Source of the DNA: Candidatus Levyibacteriota bacterium
Lineage (GTDB): Bacteria; Patescibacteriota; Microgenomatia; Levybacterales; UBA12049
Assembly (NCBI GenBank): GCA_038254115.1
Contig: JBBSGK010000002.1
Span: forward strand, 5,589-69,588
Length of the DNA stretch: 64,000 nt
Reading direction: 5' to 3'
Shown here: positions 46,992-55,810 of the stretch, in pieces
Layout: the number at the start of each line of letters is the position of its first letter
Position numbering within the stretch: the stretch's first letter is position 1
Made by a program: the position numbers and the translations under genes
The notes under the pieces: generated by a model
Databases searched by the model: none
Told to the model about the DNA's origin: nothing
What the model saw: the letters and a program-made list of their open reading frames with translations, nothing else

Positions 46992-48824
46992 TTATACCTC
47001 TTGACCAGCGCCTTCTATTGCCGGTCTTGCTGTTGCCCTCATCCGGTTTAATAATCGGTTGTCAACAGGTTTTACAAGGGGATGAATACCTTTATTATCC
47101 GCTGCAACTTTCTGCCAAGCCTTTTTCCGCTGATCAAAAACTTTACTGTCTAATAACTCCTGACAATCAATAGTGCATTTGTTGATATCAACGATTATTG
47201 TGTCTCCATTCTCAATTAGCGCTATGGGCCCGCCAAGGTACGCTTCTGGCCCTACATGACCAATCACAAGTCCCACAGATCCTCCTGAAAAACGCCCATC
47301 TGTCATAAGGGCGATCGTTATTCTTTTTTCACGGCAAAGTGTTGTGATGCGGGACGTCGGATCAAGTAATTCAGGCATTCCGGGGGCTCCCCGTGGACCT
47401 AGATAGCGGATCACAACCATATCGCGGTCTTGAAAAATATCTGGTGAGTCCTCAAGAGCTTGAATCAATTCTTCTTCGCTATTAAATACGCGGGCAACGC
47501 CTTTGAATATTCCATTTTCCAAGCCACCCTCAACTCCTGCGACTTTGATAATTGCGCCGTTTTTCGGCGCAAGATTGCCCTTAAGTAAACGGAGACCCCC
47601 CGTTTTCTTGAAAGGTTTGGTTACCGAATAAATGACTTTGTGATCAGGCGAGGGAGGGGAAAGACGTTTGATTTGCTCGGCAAGTGTTTCGCCGGTACAA
47701 GTCACACAACTGCCATCAAGCAATCCTGCATCCAGAAGTTCTTTGACAATAACCTGCAAACCTCCGCTTTCATCAATATCAATCATTGAATACAATCCAA
47801 ATGGTCTGGCATTAACGAGGACCGACACATTTTTTGAAAGTTCGTTAAATTCTTCGGGCGTTATCACATCTTTCCATAGGTTGATTCCTCCGGCTCTTGC
47901 AATTTCAACACTGTGAAGCGCTACATTGGTCGATCCGCCCATTGCAATCGCGATGGTAAGGGCGTTTTTTAAAGAAGCGGGTGTCACGATGTCACGGGGT
48001 TTTATTTTTTTCTGTGTCATTTTTAAAAGACAATCAATTAGTTGATCCGGAAATTCCTCAACACGCCTCTTATCATCCGATGCGGGAGACACCATGTGCA
48101 GAGGTTCCATCCCAAGAACTGCAATAAACGATTGCATGGTGTTGTATGTGAACATCCCACCGCAGCTTCCTTGTCCGCAGCATGCGTTCAAAGCAACACG
48201 CTTTTTTTCCTCTTCATCATCGCTTCCAGCGGCTTGAAAAGCGCTGACGATATCAATCGGCTCATGAGTTTTTGGGTCGACTCCTGGTCTTATAGAACCA
48301 TCAGAAAGTATAATTGCCGGCTCATTGTGCTCCAAAATCGCTGCAAGTGTCCCGACTGGGGGCTTGTCACATGCAACAACAGAGATTAGTCCTTTGATGT
48401 CACTTCCGCTGAGGTGCAAAGTCATAGAATCGTGAGTAACTTCACGCCCGATTAGGGAGTAACGCATCCTGCCTGTTCCGTTAAGTTGCCCATCGGAAAC
48501 CCCGATTGTATATGCCTGAGGTATTAATCTAATTGGCAAATCATCCTTATTTATTCTTTGAGAAAGCGCTTTTTGGATTGCTGCAACTTTTTGAGTTACG
48601 CCGAGATAGCATTGGCTGTCACCCAAACTTCCTGTCACACCCCAAACATCTTTGTGAATTTTGCTTGGGTCTTGCTCCAAGAATCTGGCAGTACCTACTT
48701 TTTGGACATCGCGGCCGGGATTATCCGTTACGAAATTTGAATCATCAAAATTATCGTCACCACAATCACAATTCTCACATTTCTTATTAGTCGAATTTTT
48801 CATATTCTTAACTATACTCTGCAA
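46992..48824 (-). CDS. ilvD: Dihydroxy-acid dehydratase (IlvD/EDD family) with Cys-rich N-terminal extension
   Basis: CDKPPVG (CDK motif), NACCGQGSCGGMFTYNTM (Fe-S cysteines), TDGRFSGGS. Extra N-terminal KKCENCDCGDDNFDD. Confidence 0.85.
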   Translation of the reverse strand: MQSIVKNMKNSTNKKCENCDCGDDNFDDSNFVTDNPGRDVQKVGTARFLEQDPSKIHKDVWGVTGSLGDSQCYLGVTQKVAAIQKALSQRINKDDLPIRLIPQAYTIGVSDGQLNGTGRMRYSLIGREVTHDSMTLHLSGSDIKGLISVVACDKPPVGTLAAILEHNEPAIILSDGSIRPGVDPKTHEPIDIVSAFQAAGSDDEEEKKRVALNACCGQGSCGGMFTYNTMQSFIAVLGMEPLHMVSPASDDKRRVEEFPDQLIDCLLKMTQKKIKPRDIVTPASLKNALTIAIAMGGSTNVALHSVEIARAGGINLWKDVITPEEFNELSKNVSVLVNARPFGLYSMIDIDESGGLQVIVKELLDAGLLDGSCVTCTGETLAEQIKRLSPPSPDHKVIYSVTKPFKKTGGLRLLKGNLAPKNGAIIKVAGVEGGLENGIFKGVARVFNSEEELIQALEDSPDIFQDRDMVVIRYLGPRGAPGMPELLDPTSRITTLCREKRITIALMTDGRFSGGSVGLVIGHVGPEAYLGGPIALIENGDTIIVDINKCTIDCQELLDSKVFDQRKKAWQKVAADNKGIHPLVKPVDNRLLNRMRATARPAIEGAGQEV

Positions 48825-49257
48825 GTTCCAAAATTATCCCTTCCGGCCCTTCAAAGTAACACAATTTTTTATTTGATTCTTTATATTCCTGGATTCCGCT
48901 AAAAAATTTAATCCCTTTACTACCTAAATCTGCGACAACTTTTTCAATATCTTCAACCGCAAAAGCAACATGACGGTATCCAACTTGATTAAGAGAATTT
49001 ATCTTGGGATCTGTAGATCCAACAGGATTTAAAAATTGTAATAACTCTAAGTTAGTTTCTGTTCCTGGCAAATTTAACGCAGCAAATATTCCTTTTACGT
49101 CTTTCATCCTTGAAAGAGTATCGATCCACTCTCCAGTAAGGGTTCCTTCTCTTTGCACAATAAAACCAAAATTCAGAAAAAAATTCTTAGTCTCCTCTAA
49201 ATTACTTACCACAATATTAATATGGTCAATTTTTTTTATCATATTCATCCACTCCAC
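48808..49257 (-). CDS. VOC-family (glyoxalase/bleomycin-resistance/dioxygenase fold) protein
   Basis: KKIDHINIVVSNLEETKNFF...GYRHVAFAVEDIEKV... paired βαβββ modules with His/Glu ligands. Confidence 0.65.
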   Translation of the reverse strand: MEWMNMIKKIDHINIVVSNLEETKNFFLNFGFIVQREGTLTGEWIDTLSRMKDVKGIFAALNLPGTETNLELLQFLNPVGSTDPKINSLNQVGYRHVAFAVEDIEKVVADLGSKGIKFFSGIQEYKESNKKLCYFEGPEGIILELAEYS

Positions 49258-49288
49258 AGGGCGGTTTTTGATAACCGCCCTAAAACAT

Positions 49289-50341
49289 TTATTTCTGGTT
49301 CTCAGGCCTTAATTCCCTTACTTTTTTGCCTGTTCGCCACATTTCGCTGTTTTTTATAGTATCCAGCTCTACCTCAAGCTTCTTGCGGTAATCGGACTCA
49401 CTATTTTTCTTAATAGTCCGCGCTGCTTCTTTTCCTGATTTAACACTTTTATATAATTCTGAAAAAACAGGTTCTGTTGCCTTTCTGAACTTTTCTTTCC
49501 AATCGAGTGCACCGCGCTGCGCTGTTGTTGAACAATTTGCAAACATCCAGTCCATACCATTTTCTCCAATCAATGGAATAAGACTTTGGGTTGCTTCCTC
49601 AACTGTTTCGTTAAATGCCTCAGAGGGGGAGTGACCCATTTTGCGAAGCAAATTATACTGGGCTTCCATAAGTCCTGCAATTGCTCCCATCAATACACCA
49701 CGTTCACCTGTCAGATCGCTGTAAACCTCTTTTTCGAATGTTGTTTTAAATAGAAATCCTGATCCGATAGCAATTCCCAAAGCTTTCACTGTGTCCTGTG
49801 CGTGGCCGCTTGCGTCCTGAAAAACGGCATAACTTGAATTAATTCCCCGTCCCTCCAAAAATATTTTCCTGACCGTTTTTCCTGATCCTTTTGGAGCAAC
49901 AAGAACAACATCAACATCTTTTGGTGGTACAATTCCAGTTTGTTTTAAGAAAGTTATCCCAAAACCATGTGAGAAGTATAATGTTTTTCCTTTAGACAAA
50001 TGCTTCTTGACAGTTGGCCAGAGTTTGATCTGTGCTGCATCTGACAACAAATAGGAAATAATAGTGCCCTTTTCAAGGGCATCTTCAATTTCAAACAAAG
50101 TTTTGCCTGGCTTCCAGCCATCAACAATTGCTTTTTTCCAAGATGGGGAGTTTTTGCGCTGTCCGATAATTATATTTGCAATTCCATTGTCGCGCATATT
50201 TAACGATTGGGCCGGTGCTTGCACCCCGTAACCAATAACTGCAATTGTTTCGTTTATTAATACTTTTTTTGCTTTTTCAAGTGGAAATTCTTTCCGGGTT
50301 GTTACCTCTTCAAGAACTCCACCAAAATTTAATTTTGCCAT
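49289..50341 (-). CDS. ilvC: Ketol-acid reductoisomerase
   Basis: N-terminal Rossmann region IAVIGYGVQAPAQSLNMRDNG..., C-terminal knotted domain, typical length. Confidence 0.9.
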   Translation of the reverse strand: MAKLNFGGVLEEVTTRKEFPLEKAKKVLINETIAVIGYGVQAPAQSLNMRDNGIANIIIGQRKNSPSWKKAIVDGWKPGKTLFEIEDALEKGTIISYLLSDAAQIKLWPTVKKHLSKGKTLYFSHGFGITFLKQTGIVPPKDVDVVLVAPKGSGKTVRKIFLEGRGINSSYAVFQDASGHAQDTVKALGIAIGSGFLFKTTFEKEVYSDLTGERGVLMGAIAGLMEAQYNLLRKMGHSPSEAFNETVEEATQSLIPLIGENGMDWMFANCSTTAQRGALDWKEKFRKATEPVFSELYKSVKSGKEAARTIKKNSESDYRKKLEVELDTIKNSEMWRTGKKVRELRPENQK

Positions 50342-50380
50342 AATATTTCACCCCCTTTCAACGGAATTTTATCAGTTTTG

Positions 50381-50656
50381 TTAAATTCTACCAACCGGCT
50401 CTTTGTTTTCGCCTTCAAAAGCATCAATTATCTCAATAATTTTATTTAGCTGCTTGATAGTTTTTTGTGTGGTCTTCTTATCTTGATTAACAACTATTTT
50501 AAATTTAGAAATTCCATGGGTCTTAGTCTCTGAGACATCTAGACTTTCAATGTTTACTTTTCTCCGCAAAAAAAGATCAGAAATGCGGTAAAGCACTCCG
50601 GGTTTGTTTTCAGCAAAAATAGTTATAATACTGTTTTTAGGATCCATATTATTCAA
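50381..50656 (-). CDS. ilvN: Acetolactate synthase small (regulatory, ACT-domain) subunit
   Basis: ACT fold IITIFAENKPGVLYRISDLFLRRKVNIESLDVSETKTHGISKFKIV. Directly downstream of ilvB with an overlap. Confidence 0.8.
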   Translation of the reverse strand: MNNMDPKNSIITIFAENKPGVLYRISDLFLRRKVNIESLDVSETKTHGISKFKIVVNQDKKTTQKTIKQLNKIIEIIDAFEGENKEPVGRI

Positions 50657-52337
50657 GCCTTACATCTGAAACGGACATTCCCGACGGAACCATCGGAAAT
50701 ACATTTTCTTCTTTCCGGACTGTCACCTCCAAAAGCATGGGTTTTTTTGATGCCAATAGCTTCTCAAGTCCGCTTCCAAGCTCCTCTCTTTTATCGACAC
50801 GTACTGCATCAATAAAAAATCCCTTGGCAACCGCAACAAAATCCGGATTTACCAGATCAACAAAAGAATATCGCTTGCCATGAAATAATTGCTGCCATTG
50901 CCTTACCATTCCAAGGAAGTTATTGTTAAGAACAATAATTTTGACGGGGATTTGCTCCTGAAACAGTGTTGCCAGTTCCTGGATATTCATTTGAAAACTC
51001 CCATCCCCTATAATCGCAACAACTTGCCTGTTGGGTGCAGCAACTTTAGCGCCAAGTGCTGCGGGCAAGGCAAATCCCATTGTTCCCAACCCTCCTGATG
51101 TTATAAAACTATCCGGCTTTGCCAACTTGGAATATCTAGCAGCAACCATCTGATGTTGTCCAACATCTGCAACGATAACTGCGTCACCTTTTGTCTTTTC
51201 AGAAAGCATATTTATGGTTTCGGCCATTGTAATCATTCCGGTTGTGGGGTGCATTTCTGCATCTTTGACTATTTTTTGCTCTTTTACATCACACTTCTTG
51301 AATTCTTCAATCCATGAAGAGTGCTTGGATTTTTTCACATGGACTGTAAGAGCGGCAAGCGCCTCTTTTGCATCTGCAATAATCGGAACAGCAACTTCAA
51401 CGTTTTTATTCAATTCTGCAGGGTCAATATCAATATGAATTATTTTAGCCTGCTTGGCATAATTGTCCAGATTGCCCGTAACACGGTCGTCAAACCGCAT
51501 GCCAACTGCAAGTATGACATCCGCTTGGTTGGTTAGGAGATTTGTTCCGTAATTTCCATGCATGCCAAGCATACCAACATATTGCGGATGGTTTGAAGGA
51601 AGCGCTGACAGCCCGTGAAGAGTTGATGCTGCCGGAATATCTGTTTTCTCCAGAAACTTTTTAAGTACCTCTTCAGCCTTTGCAATAAGCACTCCATGAC
51701 CAACTAGCATAAACGGACGCTTTGCTGAGTTAAGAAGTTCTGCTGCTTGTATAATCTGCTTTTCATCGGGTATTATTTGTGGCTTGTAACCCAAAATAGT
51801 AGGAGATTTTTGATAAGTGAAATCCAGTAACTCATTTTGAGCGTTTTTTGTGATTTCAATCATTACCGGTCCCGGCCTTCCGGTTCTGCTTATGTGAAAT
51901 GCTTTTGCAAAGACTTCAGGAATCTCAGAGGCAGTGGTAATCTGATAATTCCATTTTGTAATAGGGGTTGTAACTCCGATGATGTCTGCTTCCTGAAACG
52001 CATCAGTCCCCAGAAGTTTGGCGGGAACCTGTCCGCAAATGCAAACAATAGGCACCGAATCAAGCATTGCGTCAGTTATAGCTGTGATCAGATTGGTCGC
52101 GCCCGGACCCGATGTAACGAGCGCAACCCCGGGCTTACCGGTAATACGCGCATAACCCTCAGCAGCATGTCCTGCGCCTTGTTCATGACGCACAAGGATG
52201 TGACGGATTTTTTCTTTGTAATCATACAAAGCGTCATAAACAGGCATGATTGCCCCTCCGGGGTAACCGAATATTACATCTACTCCTTCTTTCAAAAGAG
52301 ATTCCATTACTGCTTGTGATCCAGTTATTTGTTTCAT
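50649..52337 (-). CDS. ilvB: Acetolactate synthase large subunit (ThDP-dependent)
   Basis: GYPGGAIMPVYDAL..., ThDP motif GDGSFQMNIQELATL...NNNFLGMVRQWQ. I prefer the ATG at 52337 (MKQITGSQ...). The ORF-track GTG at 52349 would sit directly against the attenuator U-tract. Confidence 0.9.
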   Translation of the reverse strand: MKQITGSQAVMESLLKEGVDVIFGYPGGAIMPVYDALYDYKEKIRHILVRHEQGAGHAAEGYARITGKPGVALVTSGPGATNLITAITDAMLDSVPIVCICGQVPAKLLGTDAFQEADIIGVTTPITKWNYQITTASEIPEVFAKAFHISRTGRPGPVMIEITKNAQNELLDFTYQKSPTILGYKPQIIPDEKQIIQAAELLNSAKRPFMLVGHGVLIAKAEEVLKKFLEKTDIPAASTLHGLSALPSNHPQYVGMLGMHGNYGTNLLTNQADVILAVGMRFDDRVTGNLDNYAKQAKIIHIDIDPAELNKNVEVAVPIIADAKEALAALTVHVKKSKHSSWIEEFKKCDVKEQKIVKDAEMHPTTGMITMAETINMLSEKTKGDAVIVADVGQHQMVAARYSKLAKPDSFITSGGLGTMGFALPAALGAKVAAPNRQVVAIIGDGSFQMNIQELATLFQEQIPVKIIVLNNNFLGMVRQWQQLFHGKRYSFVDLVNPDFVAVAKGFFIDAVRVDKREELGSGLEKLLASKKPMLLEVTVRKEENVFPMVPSGMSVSDVRLE

Positions 52338-52349
52338 AAATTTAATCAC

Positions 52350-52372
52350 AAAAAAACCGCCTATTTGGCGGG
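52350..52372 (-). terminator. Intrinsic terminator of the ilvB attenuator (CCCGCC-AAAUA-GGCGG + U7 on minus strand)
   Basis: Plus strand reads aaaaaaaccgcctatttggcggg. On the reverse strand the hairpin is followed by seven U, 12 nt before the ilvB ATG. Confidence 0.75.
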
Positions 52373-52401
52373 ATTTTTATTACTTCGTTCTCCTCCCGCC
52401 A

Positions 52402-52446
52402 TTAGTGGGCCACGAGAAGGACGACTGTAATTAATATTTTTTTCAT
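52402..52446 (-). CDS. ilvL: Ile/Leu/Val-rich leader peptide MKKILITVVLLVAH (ilvBNC attenuator)
   Basis: 14 codons, 8 branched-chain residues. The stop is followed at once by GGCGGGA, complementary to UCCCGCC of the terminator 5' arm. TTGACT-N17-TACAAT promoter at 52459-52487 (minus). Confidence 0.65.
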   Translation of the reverse strand: MKKILITVVLLVAH

Positions 52447-52523
52447 ATACCAAAAGTGATTGTATCAGATGAAATTTATAGAGTCAAGAAGTACGGCAGT
52501 TGCAAAAAGATTTAGGAATTTAG

Positions 52524-53099
52524 TTATTTATCTCTTCTTACAAAAAAACCTTCATCCCCGTAGTTATCAGGGACGTTGTCAATCGAATGATCAAACACGT
52601 GTCCCTTACCAAACTTTGATCTTACTTTTCCATCCCCCAGATATACCCCAAAATGTACTGCATGAGCTAATTCAAGATTGAACTCTTTAGCAACTAATTC
52701 AAGCATTGTGGCCGCAAGCTCTTTCGGTCTTAAAGAGGTATATACAACAACATCATTAACTAAAGGGTCTTCATCAACCGCCAAGGTTTGATAGTTGCAA
52801 TGAGCTAAATATGCCCGTGGAGCAAGAAAAAGATTACGCTTACTGGTTAGAGGTATAGGATCTCCTAATTTTTTATCAAAGCAAAACTCTGCACACCCAA
52901 CCGTGGGCAAAAAATAAGTTTTAGGTGTATGAAGTACTATGCCTGACTGTCCGGTAAGAAGATCATTAATGGCATTTCTTTCGGAAATCCTCTCCATGTA
53001 CATTACAAGAGTTTTAAGTTCTGCTCGAGCTTGATTATGTGGAAGTACAATAGTTTTAAACCCTCTACCTTTTTCATCCTCTTTAGCCATAAAACGCAT
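52524..53099 (-). CDS. Hypothetical protein, no confidently assigned domain
   Basis: 191-aa ORF with conserved-looking Cys/His positions (TVGCAEFCF...YLAHCNY...HAVHFGVY). Family unknown. Confidence 0.4.
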   Translation of the reverse strand: MRFMAKEDEKGRGFKTIVLPHNQARAELKTLVMYMERISERNAINDLLTGQSGIVLHTPKTYFLPTVGCAEFCFDKKLGDPIPLTSKRNLFLAPRAYLAHCNYQTLAVDEDPLVNDVVVYTSLRPKELAATMLELVAKEFNLELAHAVHFGVYLGDGKVRSKFGKGHVFDHSIDNVPDNYGDEGFFVRRDK

Positions 53100-53764
53100 T
53101 CTAGCAGAAGATCTTATTTTTACAAGGTCAAAGTGAGTATCTCATTCAGTGCACCAGAAGCGATGACTCTTGAACTCCTGACTGACGCCATCTTAACACA
53201 CTGGGAACCGCTTGAACTGAATCTAAAAAGATCAGTCTTAACGATTTGTGGGCTACACAAGCGCAAGATGATAAGGGACACTCCTATTTGTATTGATAAG
53301 ATCTGATACATTTAACAATTGCCTTAGCATAATAGAAATTCGGCGCATAATACACATTTTGAAATGTTGAAACTCGCACTTACCTAGCAGAATTAGAATC
53401 TTCACCATATTGATCGAGAAGATGCTGGTTGCAATTAAAATTTGACAAAACAACTCATAGTATGATACTATCCCAAACCTATGGCAATGGAAAGATGGGA
53501 ATTAATCCAAAGACAAACAGGAAATGTCGCAGGAGCAGAAATGGCTCGCACTCTCCGTGAGCAATTTGGTGATATCCCCTTTCCCATTAGAGAAAGAGCC
53601 CTATAGAGATTAAAAGATTTGCTCCTGAGGCAAGAGAAGCTCTAGAAAGTCAGGGATTTGTAGTATATGGCTTAACAGGGCAATCAATAGCAACCCTTAG
53701 AGCATGTGGTGGACCATTTTGGTCAGCCTGGCACAACGGATTTGATTTTGAAACACACAGCTCA

Positions 53765-54154
53765 ATGCAATCAGAAGTCGCAATAAACCCAAGTAAGCTG
53801 TATTTAACAAGAAGTAATGGTAAAGATCTCTCCCAACAGGAAGCAATGGTAGGTAAGTATTCTGAAAAACTTGGCAAAACAATTAAAGGAGTTAAAGCGG
53901 TTATTGGTGAAGCGCCTGATTATGTAGAACTAGCATTTGCCCACCTAGACGCCACAAGAGGAAATGGACAACCGGATTACTTATTTGGCGAAAAATATGG
54001 TTCTAACTATGCAAGGACAAAAACCAAAACGGGTGGCTCTAGTGTCGCTTGTGTTGGTACCTTTCACCCCGCTAGTGGTTTGAATGTCTTCCGCTGGAAT
54101 GCCGGTGATGGTTATGACGTTGTTCATGTCGCTCCACTGGTAGTGCCTGCTTAA
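53765..54154 (+). CDS. Hypothetical protein; probably the 3' part of a frameshifted gene starting at 53481
   Basis: The ORF is open from 53591 in this frame. An upstream 41-codon ORF (53481-53606, MAMERWELIQRQTG...) in another frame overlaps it and has a good TTGACA-N16-TATGAT promoter. The 53765 ATG lacks a promoter or RBS of its own. Confidence 0.35.
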   Translation: MQSEVAINPSKLYLTRSNGKDLSQQEAMVGKYSEKLGKTIKGVKAVIGEAPDYVELAFAHLDATRGNGQPDYLFGEKYGSNYARTKTKTGGSSVACVGTFHPASGLNVFRWNAGDGYDVVHVAPLVVPA

Positions 54155-54363
54155 GATTTGGCATTTGTCCTCTTGGTAATCTTATCAATTAGTAAAAGCA
54201 ATTTCTGCTAGAGTAGTTGGGGTTAATGTCGTACAAAACTTATTAGCACTTTGTCCTAATGGTTACAAAATGTTAGAATTTGTAGCGATGATAATCCTTA
54301 CTTATAAAAAGATTTAAATTTATGGACAAATAGCTAATTATATTGATTTAACAACCTAATTAG

Positions 54364-54446
54364 TGCGGACGAGAGGAGTTGAACCTCCACACCCTTTCGG
54401 GCACTACCACCTCAAGGTAGCGTGTATACCATTTCACCACGTCCGC
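54364..54446 (-). tRNA. tRNA-Leu (anticodon GAG), long variable arm
   Basis: Reverse complement GCGGACGTGGTGAAATGGTATACACGCTACCTTGAGGTGGTAGTGCCCGAAAGGGTGTGGAGGTTCAACTCCTCTCGTCCGCA. Anticodon loop TTGAGGT. Confidence 0.8.
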
Positions 54447-54686
54447 TTATTGAATTTCTGCAATTTCCTTAATTATTTCTCTTCCGTAACCCGACTTAAA
54501 AAATAATTCTAATTTCCTAGCATCACCTCTGGTTGAACAAATTTCTACGTGAATTAATTCCGCAGGTAACATATGTCTCGTTGCGCTCATTTTACCCGAA
54601 AAGTGTTCAATCAATCTTTTGTCTAATGTTACCAGTTTGTCCTTTATAAAATTTATTATTCTTAATGCTTTTGAGAATATAAACAT
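54447..54686 (-). CDS. Small GIY-YIG-superfamily nuclease (COG2827/UPF0213-like)
   Basis: 79 aa. LDKRLIEHFSGK...ARKLELFFKSGYGREIIKEI aligns with the conserved RRLxEHNSG...ARxxExFLKSGxGRxF core of the family. The N-terminal GIY-YIG strands are degenerate. Confidence 0.55.
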   Translation of the reverse strand: MFIFSKALRIINFIKDKLVTLDKRLIEHFSGKMSATRHMLPAELIHVEICSTRGDARKLELFFKSGYGREIIKEIAEIQ

Positions 54687-54715
54687 AAAACATGTATTCG
54701 GTTAGCTTGTATACC

Positions 54716-54735
54716 CCTGCCTGCCGGCAGGCAGG
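54716..54735. repeat. Perfect 20-bp palindrome CCTGCCTGCCGGCAGGCAGG (copy C), 30 bp upstream of the GIY-YIG gene
   Basis: Read directly. Identical to 27388-27407. Confidence 0.9.
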
Positions 54736-54751
54736 ATTTCACCACGTCCGC
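54736..54751. repeat. 16-bp direct repeat ATTTCACCACGTCCGC duplicating the 5' end of the tRNA-Leu(GAG) gene (54431-54446)
   Basis: Identical 16-mers at 54431-54446 and 54736-54751 bracket the GIY-YIG gene and the palindrome. Confidence 0.85.
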
Positions 54752-54769
54752 AGTCCTATTGTTTACTTG

Positions 54770-54852
54770 TGCCCAGGAGAGGAGTTGAACCTCCACGCCC
54801 TTGCGAGCACTGGCACCTGAAGCCAGCGTGTATACCATTTCACCACCTGGGC
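54770..54852 (-). tRNA. tRNA-Leu (anticodon CAG), long variable arm
   Basis: Reverse complement GCCCAGGTGGTGAAATGGTATACACGCTGGCTTCAGGTGCCAGTGCTCGCAAGGGCGTGGAGGTTCAACTCCTCTCCTGGGCA. Confidence 0.8.
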
Positions 54853-54943
54853 AAAGATTTCTTGACAAGCGCCAATCGTAATTTTATCAGATGAGGATGG
54901 ACTTGACAACGGAGCTAAATTTTGCAAATATAAGAAAGCCCAC

Positions 54944-55510
54944 ATGAGGAAATTACTGCTTACATCAACTCTCATTGTTTTCGCTCCTTTTGCATTTATT
55001 TTTGGCCTAATCATGATACTGGTGGTACATAGTCAGGGCTCCCACGCCTCCATTACGGGCCAAACAGTTGCGTACGCCGCTCTTCCAAGTACTCAAAATG
55101 TGCTTGCTGCGACCATTATGGAAAGCGATGGTGGAACTGCCGAGAAAATACGTCAATTTTTAGCTGCTTATAATTCGCCCCTTGAGCCATATGCTGTGGA
55201 CATTGTGAATGCTGCCGATGAATATGGGCTTGATCACAGACTAATAGTCGGAATTGCTATGCAGGAATCAACGCTATGTAAAAAAATCCCTGATAATTCA
55301 TTCAATTGCTGGGGTTTTGGAATATATACGGGACATGTAACACGCTTTGCTGACTATAAGGAAGGCATATATACAGTAAGTAAAGCCCTTGCAACAAGAT
55401 ACAAAACCCGGGGACTGGTAACTCCTGATCAAATAATGACTATGTATACTCCTAGCAGCAATGGCAGCTGGGCACGCGGGGTCAATAGCACCATGAATAG
55501 ACTTCAATAA
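54944..55510 (+). CDS. Membrane-anchored cell-wall glycoside hydrolase, lytic-transglycosylase/glucosaminidase-like
   Basis: N-terminal TM anchor, then LIVGIAMQESTLCKK (Glu-Ser catalytic dyad context)...NCWGFGIYTG...YTPSSNGSWA. Family assignment is approximate. Confidence 0.45.
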   Translation: MRKLLLTSTLIVFAPFAFIFGLIMILVVHSQGSHASITGQTVAYAALPSTQNVLAATIMESDGGTAEKIRQFLAAYNSPLEPYAVDIVNAADEYGLDHRLIVGIAMQESTLCKKIPDNSFNCWGFGIYTGHVTRFADYKEGIYTVSKALATRYKTRGLVTPDQIMTMYTPSSNGSWARGVNSTMNRLQ

Positions 55511-55711
55511 CCTCTTAATTTTTTCCTATATAAATGGGCTAATCTCCATTTGAGACTTATAGTTTGCTACTTGACAAACCTATAGTTATATGATATTATC
55601 CATCCTAGATCCTAAGGCATGTGCCCAAAACACATGCGTTAGGATTTTTTTTGAGATACATTGAGATACCTCTCTTCCCATTTCCCTATAAATAATTTAT
55701 AATATGAGCAT

Positions 55712-55794
55712 GCGGATGTGGTGAAATGGCAGACACGCAAGGTTTAGGACCTTGTGCCCGCAAGGGTGTGGAGGTTCGACTCCTCTCATCCGCA
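55712..55794 (+). tRNA. tRNA-Leu (anticodon TAG), long variable arm
   Basis: GCGGATGTGGTGAAATGGCAGACACGCAAGGTTTAGGACCTTGTGCCCGCAAGGGTGTGGAGGTTCGACTCCTCTCATCCGCA. Confidence 0.8.
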
Positions 55795-55810
55795 CTTAAA
55801 TAATTAAACT

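Noticed and set aside
52338-52349. GTG start for ilvB at 52349 (MIKF...)
   Set aside because: It would begin within 1 nt of the attenuator U-tract. The in-frame ATG at 52337 (MKQITGSQAV...) matches AHAS N-termini.
53100-53460. About 360-bp non-coding stretch considered as a structured ncRNA
   Set aside because: No convincing conserved helices or known motif by eye. It is more simply the divergent promoter region between the 52524-53099 gene and the 53481 ORF.
54662-55014. ORFs 54662-54868 (-) and 54763-55014 (-)
   Set aside because: They overlap the tRNA-Leu(CAG) gene and the palindrome. They are translation artefacts of structured RNA or repeat DNA.
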